Source: Bacilli bacterium (lineage in GTDB: Bacteria; Bacillota_I; Bacilli_A; RF39; UBA660). Taken from it: a DNA stretch of 64,000 bases. The notes under the pieces were generated by a model that searched no databases, was not told the DNA's origin, and was given only the letters and a program-made list of their open reading frames with translations. Shown in pieces: positions 11,187-20,269 of this stretch. A program made the translations under genes and the position numbers. Location of the stretch: positions 18,008 to 82,007 of the forward strand of contig JAGBES010000013.1 in assembly GCA_017936845.1 (NCBI GenBank), in the 5' to 3' direction. Every line of letters begins with the position of its first letter. The first letter of the stretch is position 1.

Positions 11187-11249
11187 TTATACTAATTAAT
11201 ATAAATGTGGTATAATTAACTATATTAAGGAGATTAAGGAGGCAACTTA

Positions 11250-13505
11250 ATGAATAATAAATATATATGGTTATTTGGAGAAAATAATGGAAATACAATG
11301 AATAATAATTCATATTATTTTTGGAAACATGTAGTTTCAAGAAATGATGAGATAGAAAAATATTTTGTTGTTAAAAAAAATAAACAAAATAAACAAATAT
11401 ATAATAAATTAGATAAAGATATTAAAAAATATATTATATGGCAAAATAGTTATAAGCATTGGAAAATATTTTTAAAAGCTAATTTATTTTATGTTTCACT
11501 TAGCTATAAAGATGTAATGCCTAATAAACTATTAATAAAAAAATGTAGTATGCAAGTAAAAAAACCAGTTATATATTTACAACATGGAACACTTGGAATG
11601 AAAAAATTAGGTTATGATGGAAGAAGTTATAATAACAATATGTTCAGATTTATATTGTATAATAAACTTATAAAAGAACAATTTAGTAAAGAAAATGATT
11701 TTAAAAAATATCAATTATACTATAGTGAATATCATCCAAGATATATAGAACTTGTAAAGAAAAAAGAAACACTAAAAAGTGAAAATCAAATACTATGGTT
11801 TATAACATGGAGAGAAGTATTTGATAATGGATTTGAAACAAATAAATTTTTAAAAGATATAAGAAGAGTAATAGAAAGTCCAGAAATAAAAAAACATCAA
11901 TTAGAAAATAATTGTAAAATAAAGATATGTTTACATTCATTATTTACTGAAAAACAAATGAAATATTTAACTAAACATATAAATACTAAAGAAACAGAAG
12001 TAATTTATTCATCAAAAGTAGATGTTATGGATGAAATAGCAAAAAGTAGCTTATTAATTACAGATTATTCATCATTAGGATTTGATTTTACATTTTTAAA
12101 TAAACCTGTATTATTATATCAACCAGATTTAGAATCATATTTAGCTAATAGAGAAATTTATTGTACAGTAGATGAATTAAATGAATATAATTTAAAAACT
12201 CCAAAAGAATTAATTGATAAGATATTAAGTAATAAATATGAAATAAATGGATTTTTTAAAAAAAGACTACCAGATAAAATAGATTATGAATATGTAAAAA
12301 AAGGAAAACATATTGATAAAATGTATGACGATTTTAAAAAAATACAATTAAATAGTATAGCATTTATAGGTTATAATTTTTATGGTAGAGGTGGAACAAT
12401 CACAGCAACTTATGCATTAGCAGAAGGTCTTTTGAAAAAAGGGTATTTAGTATATCTTATGTCCTTAAAACAGACTTGTCCATTATCACAAATATCTGTA
12501 CCTTATGGATTAAATATTAATTCTCTTTATAGAACAAGACCAAAAAGAAAAATAGAACATATTAAAAGATTAATGTTAGGAAAATGGCATTATTCATATT
12601 TTAAATATGATTCAAATTTAAAATATTTAATACCTTATGTAGGATATGGATTAAAAAAATATTTAAATAAAGTAAAAGTTAATACAGTAGTTTCAACTAG
12701 AGAAACAATTCATTTCTTCCTAAAAGAAGCAAAAAATGAAGCAATTAAAAACAAAGTTTATTTCTTTCATACAGATGCTAATTTAGTTGATGATATTTTT
12801 CCAGGTGTTATAAAAAAACTAAATGATTTAAAACTTGAAAAATGTGCATTTGTAACAGAATTGAATAGACAAAGATATATAGAAAAATTAGGTTTCACAA
12901 ATTATGATAAATACTCAATTGTAGGAAATTCACTTGTAAGTGATTCCATAGTAACCAAAGAAGAAATACATGAAGTACCAAAAAAAGAAATTTATAGAGG
13001 AATATACTTAACAAGAATATCAAAAGATAGAATAGCCGATTTAAATAATGCTATAGAATTTGCTAAATATCTAAAAGAAAACAATATTGAAAATATTAAA
13101 ATAGATATATTTGGTAAAGGTGATTATGTAGATAAATTTGAAGATATTTTGTATAATAATGAATTAGACGATTATTTTATCTATAAAGGATTAACAACAA
13201 ATCCACATGAAGAATTAATAAAATATGATTTTGCTGTTGATTTTTCATTAAATCAATCATTTGGAATGACATATATAGAAGGAATTTTAAATGGTCTTAA
13301 AGTTTTTGCTTATCTAAATTATGGTTCAAAAGAAGTACTTAGTGGAATAAAAGATAGTTTTATAAATTCAAATGAAGATTTAGTAGAAAAAATAAATAAT
13401 TTACCTAATATAACAAAAGAAGAATTAGTAAAAAATTATGAAATAATTAGTTCTAAATATTCTAATGAGGTAGTAGCTAGTAAATTTATAGATCTAATTA
13501 AATAG
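11250..13505 (+). CDS. Bifunctional CDP-glycerol glycerophosphotransferase (TagF-like) / GT4 glycosyltransferase fusion
   Basis: N-terminal half has LQHGTLGMKKLGY and LITDYSSLGFDFTFLNKPVLLYQPD (TagF-family hallmarks). C-terminal half has IAFIGYNFYGRGGTITATYALAEGL and SFGMTYIEGILNGLKVF (GT4). Confidence 0.7.
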   Translation: MNNKYIWLFGENNGNTMNNNSYYFWKHVVSRNDEIEKYFVVKKNKQNKQIYNKLDKDIKKYIIWQNSYKHWKIFLKANLFYVSLSYKDVMPNKLLIKKCSMQVKKPVIYLQHGTLGMKKLGYDGRSYNNNMFRFILYNKLIKEQFSKENDFKKYQLYYSEYHPRYIELVKKKETLKSENQILWFITWREVFDNGFETNKFLKDIRRVIESPEIKKHQLENNCKIKICLHSLFTEKQMKYLTKHINTKETEVIYSSKVDVMDEIAKSSLLITDYSSLGFDFTFLNKPVLLYQPDLESYLANREIYCTVDELNEYNLKTPKELIDKILSNKYEINGFFKKRLPDKIDYEYVKKGKHIDKMYDDFKKIQLNSIAFIGYNFYGRGGTITATYALAEGLLKKGYLVYLMSLKQTCPLSQISVPYGLNINSLYRTRPKRKIEHIKRLMLGKWHYSYFKYDSNLKYLIPYVGYGLKKYLNKVKVNTVVSTRETIHFFLKEAKNEAIKNKVYFFHTDANLVDDIFPGVIKKLNDLKLEKCAFVTELNRQRYIEKLGFTNYDKYSIVGNSLVSDSIVTKEEIHEVPKKEIYRGIYLTRISKDRIADLNNAIEFAKYLKENNIENIKIDIFGKGDYVDKFEDILYNNELDDYFIYKGLTTNPHEELIKYDFAVDFSLNQSFGMTYIEGILNGLKVFAYLNYGSKEVLSGIKDSFINSNEDLVEKINNLPNITKEELVKNYEIISSKYSNEVVASKFIDLIK

Positions 13506-13518
13506 GAGTGAGTTATAA

Positions 13519-14646
13519 ATGAGAGGTTTTAATTTTGATAAAAACATAATAATAAAATTATCATATGGATTATTAGTGTTAGTATTTATATTTTTATGTT
13601 TTAACAATCAAAAAGAAAAAGTAACATTATATCCAACCAATGTAGAGATAGAAGAAGAAACTAAAAAATTAGAAGTAACAAAAGAAGATAATATAGAACA
13701 AATAGTAGGAATAAATAATTCGTTATCTGACTTTTATTTAAATTTAAAAGGTTTTGAAGGAGATTTACAAGTAACACACCCAAAAGTAATAAGTTTTGAT
13801 AAAAAATGGAATGGATATAAATATTGGATAGCATATACACCATATCCAAAAGGAGACCAAGCAAAAGAAAATCCACATGTACTTTCAAGTAATGATTTAA
13901 TTAATTGGAAAGAAAAAAAAGGATATAAAAATCCTTTAGATATACCAGAAGATAAAGATTCTAGATATGTATATAATTCTGATACACATTTAGTATATAA
14001 TAATGACCTAGATAGATTAGAATGCTATTGGAGATATGTAAATGATAAAGAAGATTTAGTAATTATTTATAGAAGAACAACTAGAGATGGTATACATTGG
14101 ACAGAAAAAGAAGAAGTATTAAAAAGTACAAGATCTAAAAAAGATTATTTAAGTCCAACTATTATATATGAAAATCATATATATAGATACTGGTATGTAG
14201 ATAAAGATAGAAAAGTAAAATATATGGAATATGATACAATTAATAAAGAATGGTCAAAATCAGTAATAATAGATATAAAATATGCTAATCCTAATTTAGA
14301 ATCATGGCATTTAGACTTAATAAAGACAGATAAAGGATATGAAATAGTTATAGTAGCTTTTGATGGATGGAAGAAAAGATCAAAAATGAGTCTTTATTAT
14401 ACATATTCAGAAGATAATATAAATTATACCGAAGCAATACCAATACTATCATCACCTAATAATGGTGGTATATATAGAAGTTCCATTTTATTTTTAAATA
14501 ATACGTACTATATATTTTATTCAGAAATTACAAATACTTATAAACGTGGTGTTGGAATAATGTATGGAACAGATATAGAAAAATTAAATGGATTAAAAAT
14601 TAAAGATATAGGTAAATTTATGCAGTATATAAAAGTTAACGGATAA
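13519..14646 (+). CDS. Membrane-anchored extracytoplasmic protein, unknown function (possibly beta-propeller/glycosidase-like)
   Basis: N-terminal TM LSYGLLVLVFIFLCF. Trp/Tyr-rich body including HPKVISFDKKWNGYKYWIAYTPYPKGDQAKENPHVLSSNDLINW. Sits inside the teichoic-acid operon. Confidence 0.4.
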   Translation: MRGFNFDKNIIIKLSYGLLVLVFIFLCFNNQKEKVTLYPTNVEIEEETKKLEVTKEDNIEQIVGINNSLSDFYLNLKGFEGDLQVTHPKVISFDKKWNGYKYWIAYTPYPKGDQAKENPHVLSSNDLINWKEKKGYKNPLDIPEDKDSRYVYNSDTHLVYNNDLDRLECYWRYVNDKEDLVIIYRRTTRDGIHWTEKEEVLKSTRSKKDYLSPTIIYENHIYRYWYVDKDRKVKYMEYDTINKEWSKSVIIDIKYANPNLESWHLDLIKTDKGYEIVIVAFDGWKKRSKMSLYYTYSEDNINYTEAIPILSSPNNGGIYRSSILFLNNTYYIFYSEITNTYKRGVGIMYGTDIEKLNGLKIKDIGKFMQYIKVNG

Positions 14647-14667
14647 TGTAATTAATTGGAGGAAAGT

Positions 14668-15846
14668 ATGAAGTTACTATTAAATTTATTAAAAATACAT
14701 TTAAAATCATTATACTTTTTTATTAAAATATTTACTTTACAAAAAAAACAAGTGTTTTTTTTAAGTAGACAATATGATGAAATATCTTTAAATTATAAAT
14801 TTATAATGAAGGAACTTGATAAAAAAAATATAAAATATATTTATATATGTAAAAAAGTTAATGAAACTTTAAATGACGCAGTTAGAATAGATAAAAATAA
14901 AAAAAATATTTTTATTAAATTTTTTACAATATTATCACCATCAATAAAATATTATTTTAACTTAATAAAACAAATGAAATATATTGCTAAGTCTAAAGTT
15001 GTTATAGTAGACGGTTATAATTTACCTGTTAGTTTATTAAGCCATAAAAAAGGAACTAAGGTAATTCAAATGTGGCATGCTTTAGGAGCTATAAAGAAAT
15101 TTGGATATCAATCAGTCGGCTATAAAGATGGAATAAATGTAAATACAGCAAAAATTTTAAAAATGCATAATAATTATGATTATGTTATTTCAGGATCAAC
15201 ATATATGAATAATTTTTTTTCAGAAGCATTTAAAGTGCCAATTGAAAAAATATTACCTATAGGTACTCCAACTGTAGATTATATAAGAGAAAAAAATGAA
15301 AAAATTAAGAAAAATATATTTAATGAATATCCACAATTAAAAAACAAAATAAATATCTTATATTCTCCAACATTTAGAAACGATAACAGAGATGAAACAA
15401 GTAAAATAATTGATAAAATTGATTTTAATAAATGTAATTTAGTTTTAACTTTTCATCCTAAAATAAAAGAAAAACATATTGATGGTAGAGTAATTTGTAT
15501 TAATAGAGATAAGTTTTCTACATTTGATATGTTAAAGGTTTGTGATTATGTTATAACAGATTATTCTGCATTAACTATAGATGCAATAATAGCAGAAAAA
15601 AAAGTACTATTATATGTATATGATTATGAAAAATATAAAAAAGAAAATGGTTTAAATATAGAACTTTTAGATGAATTTCCAAAATTAGCATATAAAGATA
15701 TAGATAAACTCTTAAATGTTATATATAAAAATAATTATGATAATGAGCAATATGAAAAATTGAAAAATATATGTACAAATGGTTTAAGTAAAAATTGTAC
15801 AAAAGAAAACTTAAAGTTAATTGAGAGGTGTATGAATGATGAGTAA
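14668..15846 (+). CDS. CDP-glycerol glycerophosphotransferase family protein (TagB/TagF-like)
   Basis: QMWHALGAIKKFGY and ITDYSALTIDAIIAEKKVLLYVYD. Start set to ATG 14668, after GGAGG. Confidence 0.75.
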   Translation: MKLLLNLLKIHLKSLYFFIKIFTLQKKQVFFLSRQYDEISLNYKFIMKELDKKNIKYIYICKKVNETLNDAVRIDKNKKNIFIKFFTILSPSIKYYFNLIKQMKYIAKSKVVIVDGYNLPVSLLSHKKGTKVIQMWHALGAIKKFGYQSVGYKDGINVNTAKILKMHNNYDYVISGSTYMNNFFSEAFKVPIEKILPIGTPTVDYIREKNEKIKKNIFNEYPQLKNKINILYSPTFRNDNRDETSKIIDKIDFNKCNLVLTFHPKIKEKHIDGRVICINRDKFSTFDMLKVCDYVITDYSALTIDAIIAEKKVLLYVYDYEKYKKENGLNIELLDEFPKLAYKDIDKLLNVIYKNNYDNEQYEKLKNICTNGLSKNCTKENLKLIERCMNDE

Positions 15847-17110
15847 TCTTAATATAAAAAAAACAATTAGAAAATACGGTACTATGGTAGCAAAAAAGAA
15901 TGTTACAATAAGAAAATTAGCAAGAAAATTAGATTTAATAAATGCATCAATAAAATATAATAAATACTATAAAAAATATGAAATAAATGAAAAAGTTATT
16001 TTATTTGAAGCTTTTGGTGGAAAAAATTATACATGCTCTCCAAAAGCTATGTATGAAAAAATGATAACAATGAAGGAATTTCAAGACTATAAAATGGTGT
16101 GGGCTTTTGTAGAACCAGAAAAACATGAAGTAGCTCCATTTAAGAATCTTGAAATTGTTGTAACAAAGTCAAAAGATTACTATAAATATTGTTCAATAGC
16201 AAAATATTGGATTGTAAATTCAATTATGCCTGAAAGTATAAAGAAAAAAAGAAATCAAGTTTATGTTCAATGTTGGCATGGAACTCCATTAAAAAAACTT
16301 AGATATGATATTGAGGTTAATGGTGCCTCAATTAATACTGTACAAGAAATTAGAAAAAGAAATGATAGAGATGCAGTAAGATTTGATTATTTTATATCAC
16401 CTTCAAAATATTGTACAGAGAAATTTACTTCAGCATTTAATTTAAAAAAATTAGGTAAAGAAAAAATTATAATAGAGGAAGGTTATCCTAGAAATGATTT
16501 CTTATTTGGCAAAACAAAAAAAGATATAAATAAAATAAAAGATAAATTAGGTATTCCTAAAAATAAAAAAGTTATATTTTATCTACCAACTTTTAGAGAT
16601 AATCAATATACTGCAGGAGTAGGATATACTTATAATTTAATGTTAGATTTTGATAGATTAAAAAAAGAAATAGGTAATGAATATGTCATTTTATTTAGTC
16701 CACATTATTTTGTTTCTAATAATATTAATTTAGATAAATATAAAGGATTTATTATAAATGTTGCTCATTATGATGAAATAAATGAATTATATTTAGTAAG
16801 TGATATAATTATGACAGATTACTCAAGTGTATTTTTTGATTTTGCAAATTTAAAAAAACCAATTTTATTTTATATGTATGATTATGATGATTATAAAAAT
16901 AATTTAAGAGATTTTTATATTCCATTAAAAGAACTTCCTGGACCAATTGCTAAAAATCAAAAAGAATTAGAAAATAATATAAAAAACATAGATAAAATAT
17001 TTGAAGAATATAAAGATAAATATAAAGCATTCAATGAAAAATTTAATTATTTAGATGATGGAAATGCTAGTGAAAGAGTTATTAAAACAATATTTAAAGG
17101 AGTGTTATAA
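15836..17110 (+). CDS. CDP-glycerol glycerophosphotransferase family protein (TagF-like)
   Basis: QCWHGTPLKKLRYD and IMTDYSSVFFDFANLKKPILFYMYD. Confidence 0.8.
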   Translation: MMSNLNIKKTIRKYGTMVAKKNVTIRKLARKLDLINASIKYNKYYKKYEINEKVILFEAFGGKNYTCSPKAMYEKMITMKEFQDYKMVWAFVEPEKHEVAPFKNLEIVVTKSKDYYKYCSIAKYWIVNSIMPESIKKKRNQVYVQCWHGTPLKKLRYDIEVNGASINTVQEIRKRNDRDAVRFDYFISPSKYCTEKFTSAFNLKKLGKEKIIIEEGYPRNDFLFGKTKKDINKIKDKLGIPKNKKVIFYLPTFRDNQYTAGVGYTYNLMLDFDRLKKEIGNEYVILFSPHYFVSNNINLDKYKGFIINVAHYDEINELYLVSDIIMTDYSSVFFDFANLKKPILFYMYDYDDYKNNLRDFYIPLKELPGPIAKNQKELENNIKNIDKIFEEYKDKYKAFNEKFNYLDDGNASERVIKTIFKGVL

Positions 17111-17111
17111 A

Positions 17112-17525
17112 ATGAAAACAATACTAACATATGGAACATATGATTTAATTACACCAGGTCATATAGAAAATCTAAAAGAAGCAAAATCAATGGGTGATTA
17201 TTTAATAGTTGGTGTAAGTACAGATGAATTTAATGCAATAAAACATAAAAAATCATATTTAACTTATGAAGAACGTAAATTTGTGATGGAAGCAATAAAA
17301 TACGTAGATAAAGTAATTCCTGAATATGATTGGAATCAAAAACCAGATGATATAAAAAAATATAATGTTGATGTCGTTGTTATGGGTAGTGATTGGGAAG
17401 GAGATCCTAAATTTGAAGCATTACGAGAATATTGTGATGTTAAATATACTAAACGTCCTGGTAAATGGTCATCTACAGAATTTAGAAGTCATATTGATAA
17501 ATATGTAAAAGAAGAAGAAAGATAA
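17112..17525 (+). CDS. tagD: Glycerol-3-phosphate cytidylyltransferase
   Basis: MKTILTYGTYDLITPGHIENLKEAK (HxGH cytidylyltransferase motif), about 137 aa. Start moved from 17055 to ATG 17112. Confidence 0.85.
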   Translation: MKTILTYGTYDLITPGHIENLKEAKSMGDYLIVGVSTDEFNAIKHKKSYLTYEERKFVMEAIKYVDKVIPEYDWNQKPDDIKKYNVDVVVMGSDWEGDPKFEALREYCDVKYTKRPGKWSSTEFRSHIDKYVKEEER

Positions 17526-17528
17526 AAC

Positions 17529-17557
17529 TTGACTATTAACGAAAATAGTATTAAAAT
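17529..17557 (+). promoter_or_regulatory. Sigma-A-type promoter for the glycine T-box leader
   Basis: TTGACT (17529-17534), 17-nt spacer, TAAAAT (17552-17557). Confidence 0.55.
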
Positions 17558-17564
17558 AAGCATA

Positions 17565-17684
17565 TATATTAGGTAGTGATGACTAGGTGGAAACTACGAG
17601 CTATACCATTAAAGAGAGATTCTATAGAATAAATAAGGTGGAACCGCGCGAAAGCGTCCTTATAATAAATAGAATCTTTTTTTT
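17565..17684 (+). promoter_or_regulatory. T-box riboswitch leader, glycine-specific, unusually short
   Basis: T-box core aaGGTGGAACCGCG (17635-17650). The antiterminator bulge reads UGGA, matching the U73 discriminator of tRNA-Gly. Terminator gattctat..aagg/ccttat..atagaatc followed by T8. Candidate GGA specifier at 17589-17591. Confidence 0.7.
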
Positions 17685-17696
17685 AGGAGTGATAAT

Positions 17697-18413
17697 ATGA
17701 AATTGGTATATAATATAGAAAATAGTGATTTATATAATGATTTTATAACAGATAATTATAAATCAATATCTATAAGTGAAAATTTTGTTTATAAGGGCTT
17801 AAAAACTTATATAAATAGAAATATTATAATGGAGAAAATAAAAGAACAAAATTATGATAAAAAATATGATATAAGTAAAAAAGAATTAGTGTATAAGATA
17901 ATAGAAAAATTTTTAAAAGAAAAAATTTCATATAGAGGAATATCATCTATTAATAATGAAACACATATAACACTTATAACAAAAGATGAAAAAACATTAA
18001 ATATAACATCACCATTAATAAAAGAAGAATTAATCGAGCAAATAAAAAATATAAATATCATTGATGATACATATTATAAAATGATAGATAAAGAGAAAAT
18101 AAAAAAAATAAAAATAATTGCTATTAAAAATAATGATATTATAAAGTCGGTAATGTATAAAGAAAATTCAAAAGAATTAAAGATAATAATATCAATAAAT
18201 GATAATTTATTAGAAATAAAAAAACTAATAGATTATTATAAAAAAAATCAAAAATTAGAAGAAATAGAAATAATAAACATAGAAAACTATAAAAAAAGTA
18301 AGATATATGCAAATGATAATAATGAAATAAACATTGTTGGAAAAGAAATTATAGAATATTTAGAAGGGAATGATAAAAATGATAACAATGGAAAAATTAG
18401 TAAACATATGTAA
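17697..18413 (+). CDS. Hypothetical protein (238 aa, Lys/Ile/Asn-rich), first gene after the Gly T-box
   Basis: A 717-nt open frame in very AT-rich DNA, with AGGAGTGAT RBS 3 nt before the ATG. No recognisable motif. Confidence 0.6.
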   Translation: MKLVYNIENSDLYNDFITDNYKSISISENFVYKGLKTYINRNIIMEKIKEQNYDKKYDISKKELVYKIIEKFLKEKISYRGISSINNETHITLITKDEKTLNITSPLIKEELIEQIKNINIIDDTYYKMIDKEKIKKIKIIAIKNNDIIKSVMYKENSKELKIIISINDNLLEIKKLIDYYKKNQKLEEIEIINIENYKKSKIYANDNNEINIVGKEIIEYLEGNDKNDNNGKISKHM

Positions 18414-19743
18414 ACAATATGGATATATATTTCAAGGAAGTGAAATATATGGAGGGCTTGCTAATACATGGGATTATGGTCCACTTGGAAGTAGACTTAA
18501 AAACAATATAAAAGATACTTGGAGAAAAAGATTTATAGAAGAAAGAAGAAATGCATATGAAGTAGATGCAGCAATACTAATGCATCCTAGAGTTTGGGAA
18601 GCAAGCGGACATGTAGGATCATTTTCAGATCCACTAGCAGACTGTAAAGAATGTAAAACACGTCATAGAATAGATAATTTAATAAATGATTTTTCTAATT
18701 CTTCAATAGGAGATGCAATGACTAATGAAGAAAGAATGAAATATCTAAAGGAAAATAATGTTCCATGTCCAAAATGTGGTAAATCAAATTTTACTGATAT
18801 TAGAGAATTTAATTTAATGTTTAAAACAGAAAGAGGAGTAACAAATGATTCTAAAAGCATTATATATTTAAGACCAGAAAATGCTCAAGGAGAATATGTA
18901 AACTTTTTAAATGTACAAAGAAGTATGAGATGTAAATTACCATTTTCAATAGGTCAAATAGGTAAAGCATTCAGAAATGAAATAACTCCTGGGAACTTTA
19001 CTTTTAGAACAATAGAATTTGAACAAATGGAATATCAAACATTTTGTAAAGAAGGAACAGATTCAGAAATATATGATTATTTTAAAGAATATGCTAAAAA
19101 ATACTTTATGGATTTAGGAATACCGGAAGAAAAATTAAGATTTCATGATCATGAGAAATTAGCACATTATGCTAAAGAAGCATGTGATATAGAATATAAT
19201 TTCTCATTTGGATGGGGAGAAATAAATGGAACACATAATAGAACAAATTATGATTTATCAAGACATCAAGAATATAGTGGAAAAAGTCAAGAGTATTTAG
19301 ATCCAGAAACAAACGAAAAATTTATCCCATATATAATAGAATCAACAGTAGGATGTGATAGAGCTGTACTTGCAGTATTAGATAATGCTTATGATATTGA
19401 AACATTAGAAGATGGAACTACAAGAGAAGTAATGAGATTTATACCAGCAATCGCACCTTATAAAGTAGCTGTTTTGCCATTAATAAAAAAATATCATAAT
19501 GAAAAAGCATTAGAAATATATGATATACTATCAAAATATTTTCAAGTTTCATATGATGATGCAGGAAATATAGGTAAAAGATATAGAAGACAAGATATTA
19601 TGGGAACACCATTTTGTATTACTATAGATGATGATACATTAAAAAATAATACAGTAACAATAAGAGATAGAGATACAATGGAACAAATAACATTAAAGTT
19701 AGAAGAAGTAAAAAATTATATAAAAGAAAAAATAGAATTCTAA
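18379..19743 (+). CDS. glyQS: Glycine--tRNA ligase (dimeric alpha2 GlyQS type)
   Basis: IFQGSEIYGGLANTWDYGPLG, class II motifs and an anticodon-binding C-terminus. The start is ambiguous among ATG 18370, 18379 and 18388. Confidence 0.9.
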   Translation: MITMEKLVNICKQYGYIFQGSEIYGGLANTWDYGPLGSRLKNNIKDTWRKRFIEERRNAYEVDAAILMHPRVWEASGHVGSFSDPLADCKECKTRHRIDNLINDFSNSSIGDAMTNEERMKYLKENNVPCPKCGKSNFTDIREFNLMFKTERGVTNDSKSIIYLRPENAQGEYVNFLNVQRSMRCKLPFSIGQIGKAFRNEITPGNFTFRTIEFEQMEYQTFCKEGTDSEIYDYFKEYAKKYFMDLGIPEEKLRFHDHEKLAHYAKEACDIEYNFSFGWGEINGTHNRTNYDLSRHQEYSGKSQEYLDPETNEKFIPYIIESTVGCDRAVLAVLDNAYDIETLEDGTTREVMRFIPAIAPYKVAVLPLIKKYHNEKALEIYDILSKYFQVSYDDAGNIGKRYRRQDIMGTPFCITIDDDTLKNNTVTIRDRDTMEQITLKLEEVKNYIKEKIEF

Positions 19744-19837
19744 AAAAAATAGAAAATTTCAATATTTTCTATTTTCTTTTACAAAAATGTATGTTAAAAT
19801 TAAATATAGTTGATATAGTAGATTAGGAGGAATAGAA

Positions 19838-20248
19838 GTGGGATTTCTAAAAAATTGGTTAAATAAAGATGATGATACAATAATAGATAATGTATCAGGT
19901 GATGAATATTATGAATTAAGTCCAGAGGAATCATTACAAGAAAATGATGGAAATAGTAAGATGATTTTACTAGAACCAAGAGCTTATTCAGAATCACAAC
20001 AAATAGCAGATCATTTAAAAGCAAGAAATACAGTAGTTGTAAATTTAAAAAGAGTTACAAGTGACCAAGCAAAAAGAATAATAGATTTTTTAGCAGGTAC
20101 AATATATGCTATAGGTGGAGATTTACAAAAAATAGGTGGAGGAATATTCTTATGTACACCAAATAATGTAAATATTCAAGGAAAAATAACAGATGATAAA
20201 GAGGGGAAAGACATTCACGATAATAATGATATAAATATTGAATGGTAA
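19838..20248 (+). CDS. sepF: Cell division protein SepF
   Basis: GTG start after [71 protein letters not shown]. Confidence 0.9.
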   Translation: MGFLKNWLNKDDDTIIDNVSGDEYYELSPEESLQENDGNSKMILLEPRAYSESQQIADHLKARNTVVVNLKRVTSDQAKRIIDFLAGTIYAIGGDLQKIGGGIFLCTPNNVNIQGKITDDKEGKDIHDNNDINIEW

Positions 20249-20269
20249 TAGTTTTATAAAGGTGATAAT

